Shown: positions 25,106 through 37,662 of the stretch, one piece after another
How positions within the stretch are numbered: the stretch's first letter is position 1
Layout of the letters: each line of letters begins with the position of its first letter
DNA from: Octopus sinensis
Taxonomy: Eukaryota
Direction: 5' to 3'
NCBI RefSeq assembly: GCF_006345805.1
Contig: NC_043006.1
Coordinates: 76,942,001 to 77,006,000, forward strand
Length of the DNA stretch: 64,000 nucleotides
Notes under the pieces: generated by a model
What the model saw: only the letters and a program-made list of their open reading frames with translations
The model's database searches: none
What the model was told of the DNA's origin: nothing
Position numbers and translations under genes: made by a program

Positions 25106-26439
25106 CATATATATGTGGATATATATATATATGTAAGCATACAAATCATGAAAAGTCCGGGAGTATGAGAGGTGAATATATTTGCTTTATCACTTGATAT
25201 TCTTTGGATTACGGCCGTTTCGCAGCGTTTTTCATGTCATAAGAATTTTTGAGTAGAAGAAATTATGCTCGTATGTTTGCATTAATATTCAGCCTTTGCT
25301 TCATAAGATAGAACTATATATTAAAAAATAAATGCAAATAAAGAAAACTAGCACATTAGATCACCAGAAAGTTATGGTTACATCAATGATTCCACTCAAT
25401 ACGTGCATGTAAACCTTTACGTTTGGCAAATAAGGGCATAAATATATTGTTCCTGTGCTATTAACGTGCAAATTAAGAATTTCTCTTTATACATCCATGT
25501 TTAATTTATAGTGATTCTGTAATGTTTAGATATATTTCAGTTCTGATTTAGCCTATATTATGCATAATAATGTATATGTGCGCACGTATGTGGTTTTGTA
25601 AATAATTCTGGAGAGTACCTGTCCAGATGAAATTGATTAAGCCACTTAACACTAGAGAACTCAAATACCTGGGAGTGAGCATTAATATGGTTTATTAAAG
25701 ACACTTAAACCAGAAAAAGGCATACTATTTCGTTTGAAGACACATCGGTGGCAGTTTACCCAGTTTAGGTAGAAAGAAGGAACGAAGAGATAGGTGGAGT
25801 GATAGTAGAAACTGTATCAGTGATTAAAGAATGATGGTCATGGTATTCATTGTAGGTCGTGATGAAGATAGAATTTCTACTTTTACACAGCATCGCCCCG
25901 TTTATTCCTATCACTATCGCCAACTTCACCTCATCTAGCTTTTTGCTTATCTACCTGCCTATATACGGTCTTCAACTTTTGTTTACTATCCAGTCCATGA
26001 TGTGTCTTCGGTTAAAAGAAAATGTCTTTTGTTAGATATATTTATAAGTAACAGAGCGCTCACAAACGCGTACATATACATACACCCACATAATATGTGC
26101 CAAGCTGAAAGTGTAATCTTCTTACCTCAGCATACTAAACATTCGTTGTATGAGCTACGTTGTCTGCTTGGATAGTTTATAGCTTTTTTGTTGAGAAACA
26201 GGATTTTTTAATTCCCGCGTTTTCGTAATATATTTCAGCTATGAGATTTTAGTTAGGTGTCATACATACTGTAATCTGTTTTATGAGTGTTTTAATAACA
26301 TATTTATAACCATGCTGTAACGATAGTGTTTTTACTACATGTGTCGTTTCTATACTTCTAATTGCTGATGCTTCTTCTTTTCATCGGTTTGGATGAATTT
26401 GTTCTTATATTGTACCATGATCTGATTTCTTGATATAGC

Positions 26440-26890
26440 AAGGTACTAGCCATTTACTAATTAATGTTGGAGATGACCGAAATACTAGGATTGCGAATAC
26501 AAGCGATCGAAATGCGGTTTTTCTGTGATGTCTCTGGAGTAGCGTTACTCGACTGAGTGAATAACTCGGAGATCGGAGAATCTCGCCAGGTTGAGCCGCT
26601 ACTTTTCCACTCTGAGGAGTCATAGCTCTGGCAATATGATGCAGTAGAGAATCGCAAGAAGGATACTTCCAGTCGAGCTAACCGGCAGGAAACATAGGGG
26701 TACACGAAAAAGAAAAGAAAGATGGGTAGATAATATCCTTAGTCGCAGATAGTCACACTCGGAAATCCAGCCTGAAAGGGCAGTGACAGGTGCTTCTGAT
26801 AAGATCCTAGAATAGAGGTTCCTGAGGATTCTACCCCACAACTCTTCTAGGAAAAGTGTTCGGAGAAAATAGATGAATGGCTGCTTTACA
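26440..26890 (+). mobile_element. Degenerate 3' end of an RTE-clade LINE
   Basis: Plus translation RIRIQAIEMRFFCDVSGVALLD*VNNSEIGESRQVEPLLFHSEES*L resembles the RTE RT C-terminal AEMRFLRR..GVT.LDRVRN.EIRE.L.VEPLL...E.SQLRW. Confidence 0.75.
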
Positions 26891-28095
26891 CAAAAAGATT
26901 TCCTCATATATATATATATATATATATATCTGGGAGTAACTAAAGAATATTTTTTTTGTTTCATTCCCCTTTGAAATTACTTTTATTCGTGGTTTGGGCT
27001 TTGACTGCCCTTTCTAGCATGTGAGGTGAAGGTATCCTGTCATTGTCACCTCTTTCGTGTATAAATACCTGAATTGTTTATACACTGTTATATATGAAAC
27101 TATGTTGTCTATTGACAACCGGTATGAAAATGTTTTTAAATTTTCTACCCTTATTATTTTCAGAGTAGATAGATAGATAGATAGATAGATAGCTAGCTAG
27201 ATAGATAGATAGATAGACAGATTGATACATGCATACATACATACATACATACATACATACATACATACACACACACATTGACACATATTTACGTATATGA
27301 CAAAGAAACTGGGTAAACGTAATTTATAGGTAAATAATCAACTGGTCTAAATATTTTTTGATGGATGTTTGAATATTTTTTTGATGAACGTTGACAGGTG
27401 CTTGTATTTTATTATATTATATTATTTACACACACACACATATACACACAAACACATAGGTCATAGCCAGCTCTGCTGACAGAAACTTGCCAGTTATTTA
27501 TTACGCATACATAGAGTACTTTTGTATAGAGCTTGACTTTGATTATATACACAACCGTGTATATATAACCACCCAAACACAGATATACACATGCAGAGAT
27601 GCACGTAGGTAAGCATGAAATTCAAAGATATGGAACAAGGGTTAAATAAAAGTTTACTGACAATCATCAGTTTGTCTGTTCTTCACCCCGCCTCGCTGTC
27701 TGACTCTATTCAACACAGTTGCTAGATCATACATGCAACACACACACACACACACAACACACACAGAGACACACAGACACACACACACACACGCACACAC
27801 ACGCACGCACACAAGCACACCTTCAAACACACACATGCACCACATAAACACATACACAAATACATACACACTCCTCTACCACACAGTATGTAAAATTGCT
27901 TGATTCGGCTCAATGCGACTAAAGTTTCACTGGTTTCTTATAGAAACTTAATTCATCGTGTCTTAGTAACCGAATTTTACCGCGAAATTTTAAGCTGTTA
28001 GAGCCAAATGAACCTGTTTTATATAACTTATGTATCTCCTACTAAAGGTGTTGAATGCTCTTTTTCTTTCGTTTATCTACTCAATCGTATACATA

Positions 28096-28144
<49 letters not shown>

Positions 28145-29329
28145 TACACACACATATATATACTTACTTATGTGACATTGACTGATGAGGAATCAGCTAC
28201 GAATTTTCCATGTACTACGGTTTCGATAAATTCACCGTTTGTTAAGTTTCTCTTAAAATTTTCAGTCGTCTGTTGTGTTCCTTTTATCCAATCTTTGAAA
28301 TATATATATGTACATATACTTATTGTCCTCTATTGTCCACCATTTCGTTCTTGGCGGATCCTATATCATCTACCAATTGGCTCGGTTTGAAGGATTCGTC
28401 GTGCGATTCTTTCCTGCGACATTCTAATCACATGATCGTAATACTGGAGCTATGCCTTCTCAGTGTGGAGAGGTATCAACTCGATCTCGAAAGTATCTTG
28501 GTGGATAACGTTACTTCAGAGGTCTTTCGCAATAACCCCATTTTGAACGCTTGTATTTGCGAGTATATATGCTACAGATATTAGAGCATTAATACTTGAT
28601 CTAATTTTCTGCAGTCTGATTTCAAATATCACCCGGGAACAACTTAGGTTCTTTGCAGTTTTAGCTCTGACTCTTTGCGATCTGCCTGGAACCTTTGCAA
28701 CAACACTGACACTTAGCTGTAGCGGTTGAAACTGGCAACAATTCCTTTGGCTAAAAATCAGTGGAAAGAAGAAGGAAACATGCAGGTTAGTCTTCCAAAC
28801 ACAAAACACAGTCTTTCCTAGGTTTGTTCGTATATAAGTAGATGCGGGGTCAATTTTGAATGACGGAAACCCTATAGAATTTGTCCGCTACAGTTGCGTA
28901 TCATTTCGAAAGGGATGCAGTGGGAATCGAACACAGAATTTAGTGCGATCTAGCCAAAGACTACCAGGTACCTTATGCGTCTCTCCATCAATTCTGGCAA
29001 TCCAAATGCCGCCACGTGTAAATATTCTTAGTATTCTTATAAATAGTATAAAATATGAATTCCTGAGAGAATATAAACATAAGCCAGTTAGAACTAGTGA
29101 GTATCTATCAACCATTCAAATTAGATACAGTAATGTGTTAAGTTTGTATCATATATTTATATGAAATTGTTAACGGAGATATACACTAAATCTATCCCAT
29201 TCACTATATTAGTTTTATTCCAAATAAGGTCAAGGATGGTAGTGTGATGTTATTAGATTTGTATGCTCCGATGAACAAATATGAAAAAACATACTCAAAG
29301 GACAATACAAGAAGATAAGACCACCTGTA

Positions 29330-29365
29330 GCAATAACAATAATAACAATAACAACAACAATAATG

Positions 29366-29432
<67 letters not shown>

Positions 29433-29448
29433 TAATAATGATAATAAT
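29330..29448. repeat. (AAC)/(AAT)n microsatellite
   Basis: Directly visible. Explains the poly-N/I/Y ORFs. Confidence 0.97.
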
Positions 29449-29666
29449 TTCCTTGAAATACATGCCTTAAAACTTGTTTCGTTAAAAGAATATGGCGTTT
29501 AAATCTACAAATACATACATACATATACATATATATATATTATATATATATATATATCAACGCGCTGTTCCTTTTCAATCTTCTACACACACACACACAT
29601 ATATGTAAATATATATATGTATGTATATTTGTATCTATGTATATATATATATATATTATATATATA

Positions 29667-29728
<62 letters not shown>

Positions 29729-30796
29729 ATATGTTTGTGTGTGTATATATATATCGATCTATGGTAGCAAACGTATCCGTTCTCTGGACGTTTTAAGATT
29801 CTTTGGTGGTATTTTTTCACCAAATAATGGAACTACCGAGAAGGTTTATGAGTAGCCCGGCAATCTATGTTCCCGATTAACCTAGGAACAGAATGTTGAT
29901 ACTTTTATATATTGCGTTATGATTATTAATGTTTCAAACCTTCTTATTTATTCAGAAATAATGAGAAACAAATTGGTGGTGTATTAACGAAAGTTTTTTT
30001 TACAGGATATTAATGCAGTAGAAAGTGTAAGCATAGATCAAAAGGGAGACCACTTATTTCGGTTAAGGGAATGACAAAATTCTACAGTGTAACCATTTAC
30101 TATTTCAACAATTTTAAGGGTGGGAAAACGCAAGTATTCTTAATAAACTAGAAAGACAAAAAATATTTTTATCGATTGCCCCACCTGGCCGCAGTTCTAT
30201 GACTGAATTAGGTTGTTGTACACCTAAGCATGAAACACACGATGATGTTTATAATCTTTGCAGATGGCACAGACGTTAAAATTATTATTTTTCTCTTCAC
30301 AAAATATAGTTGTAAAACTACTTTGTATATCCCGGAGGCAGAATACTAAACAGTCGCATACCAAAATCATTCGCATTCTGAAAAAAAAAAAAAAAAAATC
30401 TAACATTTTCATAGTTAATATCAATAAAAAAGAAACCTTATTTTATCGTCAAAATATCAAAAGAATAATAAAGCAGTCGACTGGTACTTTTAAAGAATCA
30501 TGTTCCACCTACAATAGAACATAAGGTTACTTAATCACCTTAGCTTGCCTGAAAAATTTACGAATACAAGCTTAACAAATATATATCCCAAAACAAACTA
30601 AGACACAGGAATCAAGTTAAGATAAGGAGAGCAGAAATATTTGGTGTGGAGGGAAAATATAAAAAAAAAATAGGCATACAGATACGGTTGTATGGTAAGG
30701 AGTTTGATCTCCAAGTACATGGAGATCACAAGTGTCTGTAATTTCGGGTGACCAAAACCTTGTGAGAGAAAAACACGCATATATATATATATATAT

Positions 30797-30848
<52 letters not shown>

Positions 30849-30850
<2 letters not shown>

Positions 30851-31065
30851 TCTTTATTGCCCACAGGGAGCTAAGCATAGAAGGGATAAACAATGAGATT
30901 AAGTCGATTATATCGACCCCAGTGCGAAACTGGTACTTATTTAATCGACCCCGAAAGGATGAAAGGCAAAGTTGACCTGTGCGGAATTTAAACACAGAGC
31001 GTAACCTCAGACGAAATATCACTAAGCATTTCGCCCAGCGTGCTAACGATTCTGCCAGATTGCCG
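30849..31065 (-). mobile_element. SINE family A, long-tail, flanked by (TA)n
   Basis: Diagnostic head, body and tail. Confidence 0.88.
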
Positions 31066-31083
31066 TTACATATATATATATAT

Positions 31084-31119
<36 letters not shown>

Positions 31120-32389
31120 TAGCAAACGCCCCCGTCCGTTATTGACCGGTTTGTATAGGTGAAGAGAGTTAACTTGGATGGTGTTGTGGAGATGTTTGGT
31201 GATTGTATGGGGATTTTTACTTTTGGTTAGAGCATAAAAGATTCCTGAGACGTTAAAACTTTTGAGTGTATTTTCTAAATAATGAAAATTCATCGATAGT
31301 GAATCTTAACACGGTGAACCTTTTCAAAATTGTCATAAGGCCAATAAAACGAAGGATTGCAATAAGTACAACTTCCAGTGGAATCGGTCCTCATAATTAA
31401 CTTTAAACTTTTTGCACTCAAACACTTTCACATTAGGATAAGCACAATGTACTCTTCCATAGTACATACCTCATGTTGACACCTCTACGTCAGACTGAAC
31501 GCTGTTTTATCTCCAAAGTGAATATTGCAAGAGATATTTAAGCAATAAACAGTTCTTTGACTTTTGCATTTGACGACTGTTGCTTTACGTATTTTATTTC
31601 GGTTTTCACTGGCGAAGTGGTCTTAACTACGGGATAAGTAACATTAGTTTCGAATAAAAATATCAATGGAAGTTATAATCATCCGATGGACAGGCAAACA
31701 GAAACTGCTACCCAATAAAGGTGTAAAATGCTTAGGAAAGTTTCTCTTCTCCCAAAAACTGACACAAAAGAGTTGAAACGTGGGGGTGAAATAACACAAT
31801 GTGCAATAAAATAACATAAGGCATGTTCTTTGCAAATCTATTTTATCTCAAAAATTGAGCAATACCGCTTATTTTTTAAGTTGGATGAGAAAAATTAGGC
31901 AAGGTTTTAGATGTGACCCCACCAAATTATTCACGTTTTCTAAGCAATCAATTTGTCTTTTCTTCTTTTAATTGAATTTTGTTGAGAATATCTTCAGAAA
32001 ATTGAGTCATCACCAGTTATTTATTTGCTTTATTTCCATATTTTGCTCACTTGAAGTAACTGCCTTTTTCTAGTAGTTTTACATATCAGCTGGTATATTG
32101 CACGAAAAACGGTCGTAAGAACACATTTGAACGCGAATGCATGTGGTTGATTACAGTTAATTAAAGTTGGAGTGATATCGATTTTTTAGCCGTTTTCAAA
32201 CGTGTAAAAACACAGAAATGAATACAGTTGTTCGTGGTCTAATATTTAAATCAAAATGAGACTCTGTTTACAAATAGCAAACTTTATTTACATATATCTG
32301 TCATTAAAATGTGAAAACGTAGAAACGAATTGTTTAAAACAACAGGATGGTGGAAGAAACAAGACAGAATGATTACAAAAATAGCGATT

Positions 32390-32535
32390 CCCACTTTGAA
32401 ACTGACAATTTCGAAAATCTTTTTAGATTAGGGAACGCCCCGCTCTCATGTATTTCAGCGCGATCGGATGAATAATACTCGAGTTATAAGCGCACAACAT
32501 AACAGACCGACAGAACAGGATTTATATATTAGATA
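32390..32535 (-). mobile_element. Probable Helitron 5' terminus
   Basis: Plus strand ...acagaccgacagaacaggatttatatattagat gives A|TCTAATATATAAA on the minus strand, like the 24557 end. The 3' hairpin was not located. Confidence 0.4.
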
Positions 32536-32546
32536 ATATATATTAG

Positions 32547-32620
<74 letters not shown>

Positions 32621-32901
32621 TAGATAAGTAGTTGAATGAATTATCCTAGTATGGATAATTCGGTTAACCGATACCCGAGTAGCAAATTCACGTCAGAAAA
32701 ACACGGTGAAGCTACATGCCAAGGGCAGAGATCAACTGCTTTCGTGTGGAAATTTGTGTGTTTTTATAAATTCCTTGTCTTTCCTGGTGAGAAGGCGGCA
32801 TAATGCACCCCTATTCCTTCGAAATTAGGAATATGCAGTCTTCGAAACATATGTCGAGAATAAAGGAAATTTGTTAAATCGTCATTCAACTCCATTCTCT
32901 C

Positions 32902-33027
<126 letters not shown>

Positions 33028-33344
33028 GGTGTATATTACGATATATATATATGTTACTCAATGGAATTACAACTCTCATTTTCACGTTTTATTCTTTGCA
33101 ATTTTTACAATTTTTTAATATTGAAATAAACTAATACTTTCATGCGTTACGCAATCATCAGGTTTATGCAGTGACAGCTGTGTTGTATAAATGACAAGTG
33201 TCAATTACGTAATACATGAATGTAATTGTTTATTTCAATATTGTAAAATTGGAAAAATTGCAAATATTAAAACGTTTCAGTCAGATTTATTTGGAATTTC
33301 ATTAAGTAATATATTCTTCTATACACAATCATACAAACAGCGGA

Positions 33345-33399
33345 TATCTATCTATCCATACAACCATCTATCTATCTGCCTACCTGTCTATCTATCTAC

Positions 33400-33469
<70 letters not shown>

Positions 33470-33483
33470 GCCTACTTGTCTAT

Positions 33484-33542
<59 letters not shown>

Positions 33543-34556
33543 CCTACCTACCTGTCTATCTGGGATTATGTGGAACAACTGCTGTCACGTGTGGGACGAG
33601 TCGGTTTATCAGCTGAGTCTATCGTCAATATTGTCACGCATCCTTCCTTCAAACGGGAAGGAAGAGCTATTTTCATCATCCTTGTGGCTATGGCGAAAGA
33701 ATGTATCTGGTGGACGCGTCTGAAAGGATTGGAGACAAACACTTTCCTCTCTGGTCAATCTCTCATCAACTTCTTCAAGTACCACTTGAAAAGGAAAGTG
33801 AGAGTAGAGAGGCAAGTTTTGTCTAGCGAATGTTTTAAAAAAAGATGGGTGAATGTAGCAAGGATGGCACGTATGAATGACGAAGCCACCTTGAGCATAA
33901 TCCTATGAACCCAGAAATTGAAAACAGAGGGTTACCCACTTGCAAACAAATGTGGTAACATATAACAATATTGACCAAGGTTACCGTGGTCTTTTTCGTA
34001 GGCTTTTCTTCCCACGGATAAACCTTACTTGCTTTCCCCTTTACACCATATATCATAACACTGTGATACACGATCCCTATTGATCGTTCTTTTTTTCCTC
34101 TTCCCCTTTTTTTCCCTTTTTTTCTTCTTTTTTCATTTCTCTTTTCTTTTTTCCTTTTCTTTTTTTTTCTTTTTATTCTTTTTATTTTTTATTTTATTTA
34201 TTTATTTTTGTTTGTTTGTTCTTTTCTTCCCTTTTATGATCCCTCTTGATCGAAAACCTACGCCACCCCCTTTTTTCTTTTTTGTTTTTTGTTTTTTTTC
34301 ATCCCCCAAAAGAAAAGCTCTACCTTGTAACTTGTCCCATCTGTGTGCAGCCCTGTGTGGCCAATAAAGAAACTTATCTATCTATCTATCTATCTACCTA
34401 CCTGTCTATCTATCTATCTATCTGCCTACCTGCCTGTCTTTCTATTTATCTATCTATCTATCTATCTACCTACCTGTCTATCTATCTATCTATCTGCCTA
34501 CCTGCCTGTCTTTCTATCTATCTATCTGTCTATCTATCTATCTATCTATCTATCTG

Positions 34557-34620
<64 letters not shown>

Positions 34621-34621
34621 C

Positions 34622-34701
<80 letters not shown>

Positions 34702-34712
34702 TTGACTATCTA
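33345..34712. repeat. (TATC)n/(GATA)n array, split by the Tx1-like LINE
   Basis: TATC tracts at 33345-33560 and 34375-34712. Confidence 0.95.
33561..34374 (+). mobile_element. 5'-truncated Tx1/L1-clade LINE: ORF2 C-terminus + 3' UTR + AATAAA
   Basis: ORF 33570..33908 ([10 protein letters not shown]...[16 protein letters not shown]...FFKYHLKRKVRVERQVLSSECFKKRWV) resembles the post-zinc-knuckle C-terminus of Tx1-type ORF2 (AK..IW..R...F...L..R.R.E......F..RW). It is followed by a pyrimidine-rich UTR and aataaagaaac. Confidence 0.72.
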
Positions 34713-35699
34713 TCAATCTATGTATGTTGACAAAGAAGAGGGGGAATTTGAAGAAGATTTGACCACTCGCAGCTCTGGAGCTGAAACTAGTATTGAAAAG
34801 AAATACACACATATATAAGTATATACACATCATGTGTGTGTGTGTGTGTGTGTGCGTGTGTAGCAACTACAGTCGCGATTTTTTCATCGCCTTTTCCTCC
34901 GTCAGAATGGAAGACCCTCCTAATACACTTTTGACTGAACACTTTCCTAAGACGACTAATCTGTACAATGATTACCATATGGTCGTATAACCTGTTATAA
35001 TATGTTAAATCGTTAGAGCATAACTTGTTGGTGCCAGTGAACCGCTAAAGCTCACTGAATTTGCATGTCTTCTTATAGATTTGTTGTCAGTAATCTATAT
35101 TAAATCCCACCAGGCTGTTACTTTTTTATTCTGCTGTTTATTCCCAACTCTTCTAGAAAGGTTTTACATCGCATACTTGTAAAGATATCAACCTCTTAAA
35201 ACACGACCAGATAGAGAACAGAGCCTGACAGAATCGATAGCGTGTTTGAATGTAAAATGAATTTCATTGTGCCATGTGTGGTACTGCGATATGTCTACTG
35301 ACTCCCCAACATGTAATTCGTAAGAGATATGTTCAGCTACTTCTAAATACGTATCAGGCGAAAATGCATTTTTCTGTTACGTAAAGATATAACATTATTA
35401 TTAACGTAGATAGGTTTCGGCCAGAGCACCACCTGGTGAAGTCTTTTAGATCGTGATTCACACCTCAGTCATATACGGGACACCAGAGCGCACTCTAGCA
35501 AAGAGTTATTATTGTTGGAGACATATCTAGGTGTAAGAGGTTGGTCCGGGAGTTTTGGGAAAAATGTTCACACAAGGCCAGTAATTTCGGGTTTGATGAT
35601 GAGTCGATTACATTAACCCTAGTGATCAACCAGTGTTGATTTTATCTAATCTCGAAAGTCGACCTCGGCGGAATTTGAACTCAGAATATAAAGATAGAA

Positions 35700-36107
35700 G
35701 AACCAGTTCTACTATGTGGCTCAGAAACCTGGACGTTACCAAAAAAAAGCTTGAGAGGCGGTTGGATGGAACTTACACTCACCTCCTCATGAGAGCTCAA
35801 AATCTCTCGTGGAAGCGTCATCCAACCAAAGTACAAATATATGGGAAACTACCTCCTGTATCATCTCTTGTGAAAGGTAGAAGAGTCCAGTTTGCTGGAC
35901 ATTGTTGTCGAGCTGAAAACGAGGTAATTTCTACTCTTCTCTGGAAGCCATCTACTCGCGATACCAGAGAGCGCACACTCTCCTACCCTGATGTAATCCC
36001 CAGGGATACAGGCATCCAGCAACAGGACCTCCGTAATGCTATGATGGGTATGAAGTCTGGTGGAACATAGTAAATTCCATTGTCTCGACCATGATGATGA
36101 TGATATG
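35700..36107 (+). mobile_element. 5'-truncated RTE-clade LINE with (GAT)n tail and 12-bp TSD, inserted in a minus-strand SINE A
   Basis: KLERRLDGTYTHLLMRAQNLSWKRHPTK.QIYGKLPP...RRVQFAGHC is an RTE-type RT C-terminus. TSD ATAAAGATAGAA at 35688-35699 and 36108-36119. The host SINE halves join across the insertion. Confidence 0.9.
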
Positions 36108-36574
36108 ATAAAGATAGAAAAATGTTACTAAGCATTTTGTCGGGCATGTTAAAGATTCTGGCGGAAAATGATGGACAATATTAGTTTCAAATTCTGGGAA
36201 ACCTGCTGCTATTTTGGAGGATGGGTGAGTCGATTAAATTAATTATGAACTAGCACTTATTTCCCCTGACTCCAAAATGATGAAAAGCAAAGTCGACCTC
36301 GACCGAATTTGAGCTGAAGATGTAAAGAAGATCGAAATGCCGCAAAGCATTTTGGCTGGCGTGCTAACGATTTTCTAGCTCACCCAATACAAGGGCAGCG
36401 GTTTTAGTTGGAGTGGGTTAGTCAAGTATATCAACGCGAGTGCTGAACTGGTACTTGTTTTATTGACACTGAAAGAATGAAAAGCAAAATCGATCGTGGC
36501 AACGGTTGAATTCAGTATGTAAAGCTAGAAGAAATGCTGCTAAGCAAATGAATATGCCAGATCGTCGACTTAAA

Positions 36575-37180
36575 GTTGAAGAATAATATTCTTTATTCCT
36601 CTAGACACAAGGCTCGAAATTTTGGAGGAGGAGGACAGTCGATTAGATCGACCCCAATACGCAACTGGTACTTAGTTTATCGCCCCCGAAATGATGAAAA
36701 GCAGAGTCGACCTCGGCGGAATTTGAACTCAGAGCGTAAAGACGGACGAAATACCTATTTCTTTACTGCCCAAAAGGGGCTACACACAGAGGTGGGGGGA
36801 GGCAAACAAGGACAGACAAACGGATTAAGTCGATTATATCGACCCCAGTGCGTAACTGGTACTTATTTAATCGACCCCGAAAGGATAAAAGGCAAAATCG
36901 ACCTCGGCGGAATTTGAACTCAGAACGTAGCGGCAGACGAAATACCTATTTCTTTACTACCCACAAGGGGCTACACACAGAGGGGACAATCAAGGAGAGA
37001 TAAACGGATTAAGTCGATTATATCGACCCAAGTGCGTAACTGGTACTTATTTAATCGACCCCGAAAGGATGAAAAGCAATGTCGACCTCGGCGGAATTTG
37101 AACTCAGCTAGTAACGGCATACGAAATACCGCTAAGCATTTCGCCCGGCGTACTAACGTTTCTGCCAACTCGCCGCCTTA
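36575..37180 (-). mobile_element. SINE A trimer: full long-tail + headless long-tail + headless short-tail
   Basis: Two junctions gacgaaatacc|tatttcttta (near 36755 and 36945), the reverse complement of aaagaaata|ggtatttc. Confidence 0.88.
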
Positions 37181-37382
37181 AAGAGATGAATAACATCGAT
37201 TTCTAATTTTGACACAAGTCCAGTAATTTGTGAGGCGGAGTACGTTGATCATATCAACTTCAGCCTTTACCGACCCGAAAGTACAAAAGGCATAGTTCGA
37301 ACCATTCGGAATTTGAGCTCAGAACGTATAGACAGATGAAATGCCAGCTCACTGCCTAAAGGAATAACATTAATATTGAATG

Positions 37383-37662
37383 TTATGGCGTAGTGGTTAA
37401 GAGCGCGGGCTATTCACCTCAACATTCCGAGTTCGACTCCTAGCAGTAACCTGAATACCACCACCACCACCACCACCACCAGCAACAACAACAACAACGA
37501 CAATAATAACATCGAAAAATACCTTAGGAATGAGAACCCAGGTTCGAAATTTCCCCAAGACACCTGAAGAAGGCTGGAAGGTATATCAGCCGAAATGTTG
37601 TGTTAACAACAAACAAGATGAGGACAAATATCCGTCTAATATAAATAATATAAATAATTAAT
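37383..37662 (+). mobile_element. tRNA-headed SINE-like element with a hammerhead-containing 3' half
   Basis: A box TGGCGTAGTGG (37386-37396), B box GAGTTCGACTCC (37429-37440), (CCA)/(CAA) spacer, HHR at 37559-37604, tail taatataaataatataaataat. Confidence 0.75.
37559..37604 (+). ncRNA. Minimal type I hammerhead ribozyme motif
   Basis: GACAC-CUGAAGA-A-GGCUG(GAAGGUAUAU)CAGCC-GAA-AUGU-U/GUGUU: 5-bp stem I, intact core, 5-bp stem II, near-palindromic helix III, GUU triplet. Confidence 0.75.

Noticed and set aside
28165-28245. ctgatgaggaatc (plus) and gaaaccgtagt (minus) as HHR remnants
   Set aside because: Core and stems cannot be completed on one strand; at best a heavily decayed PLE end.
28610-28790. 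Exon-like segment with splice motifs on both strands
   Set aside because: Conflicting strands, stops in most frames, no recognisable product.
37383-37445. tRNA gene call for A/B-box sequences here and in other SINE heads
   Set aside because: No complete cloverleaf or acceptor stem; they continue into SINE bodies.
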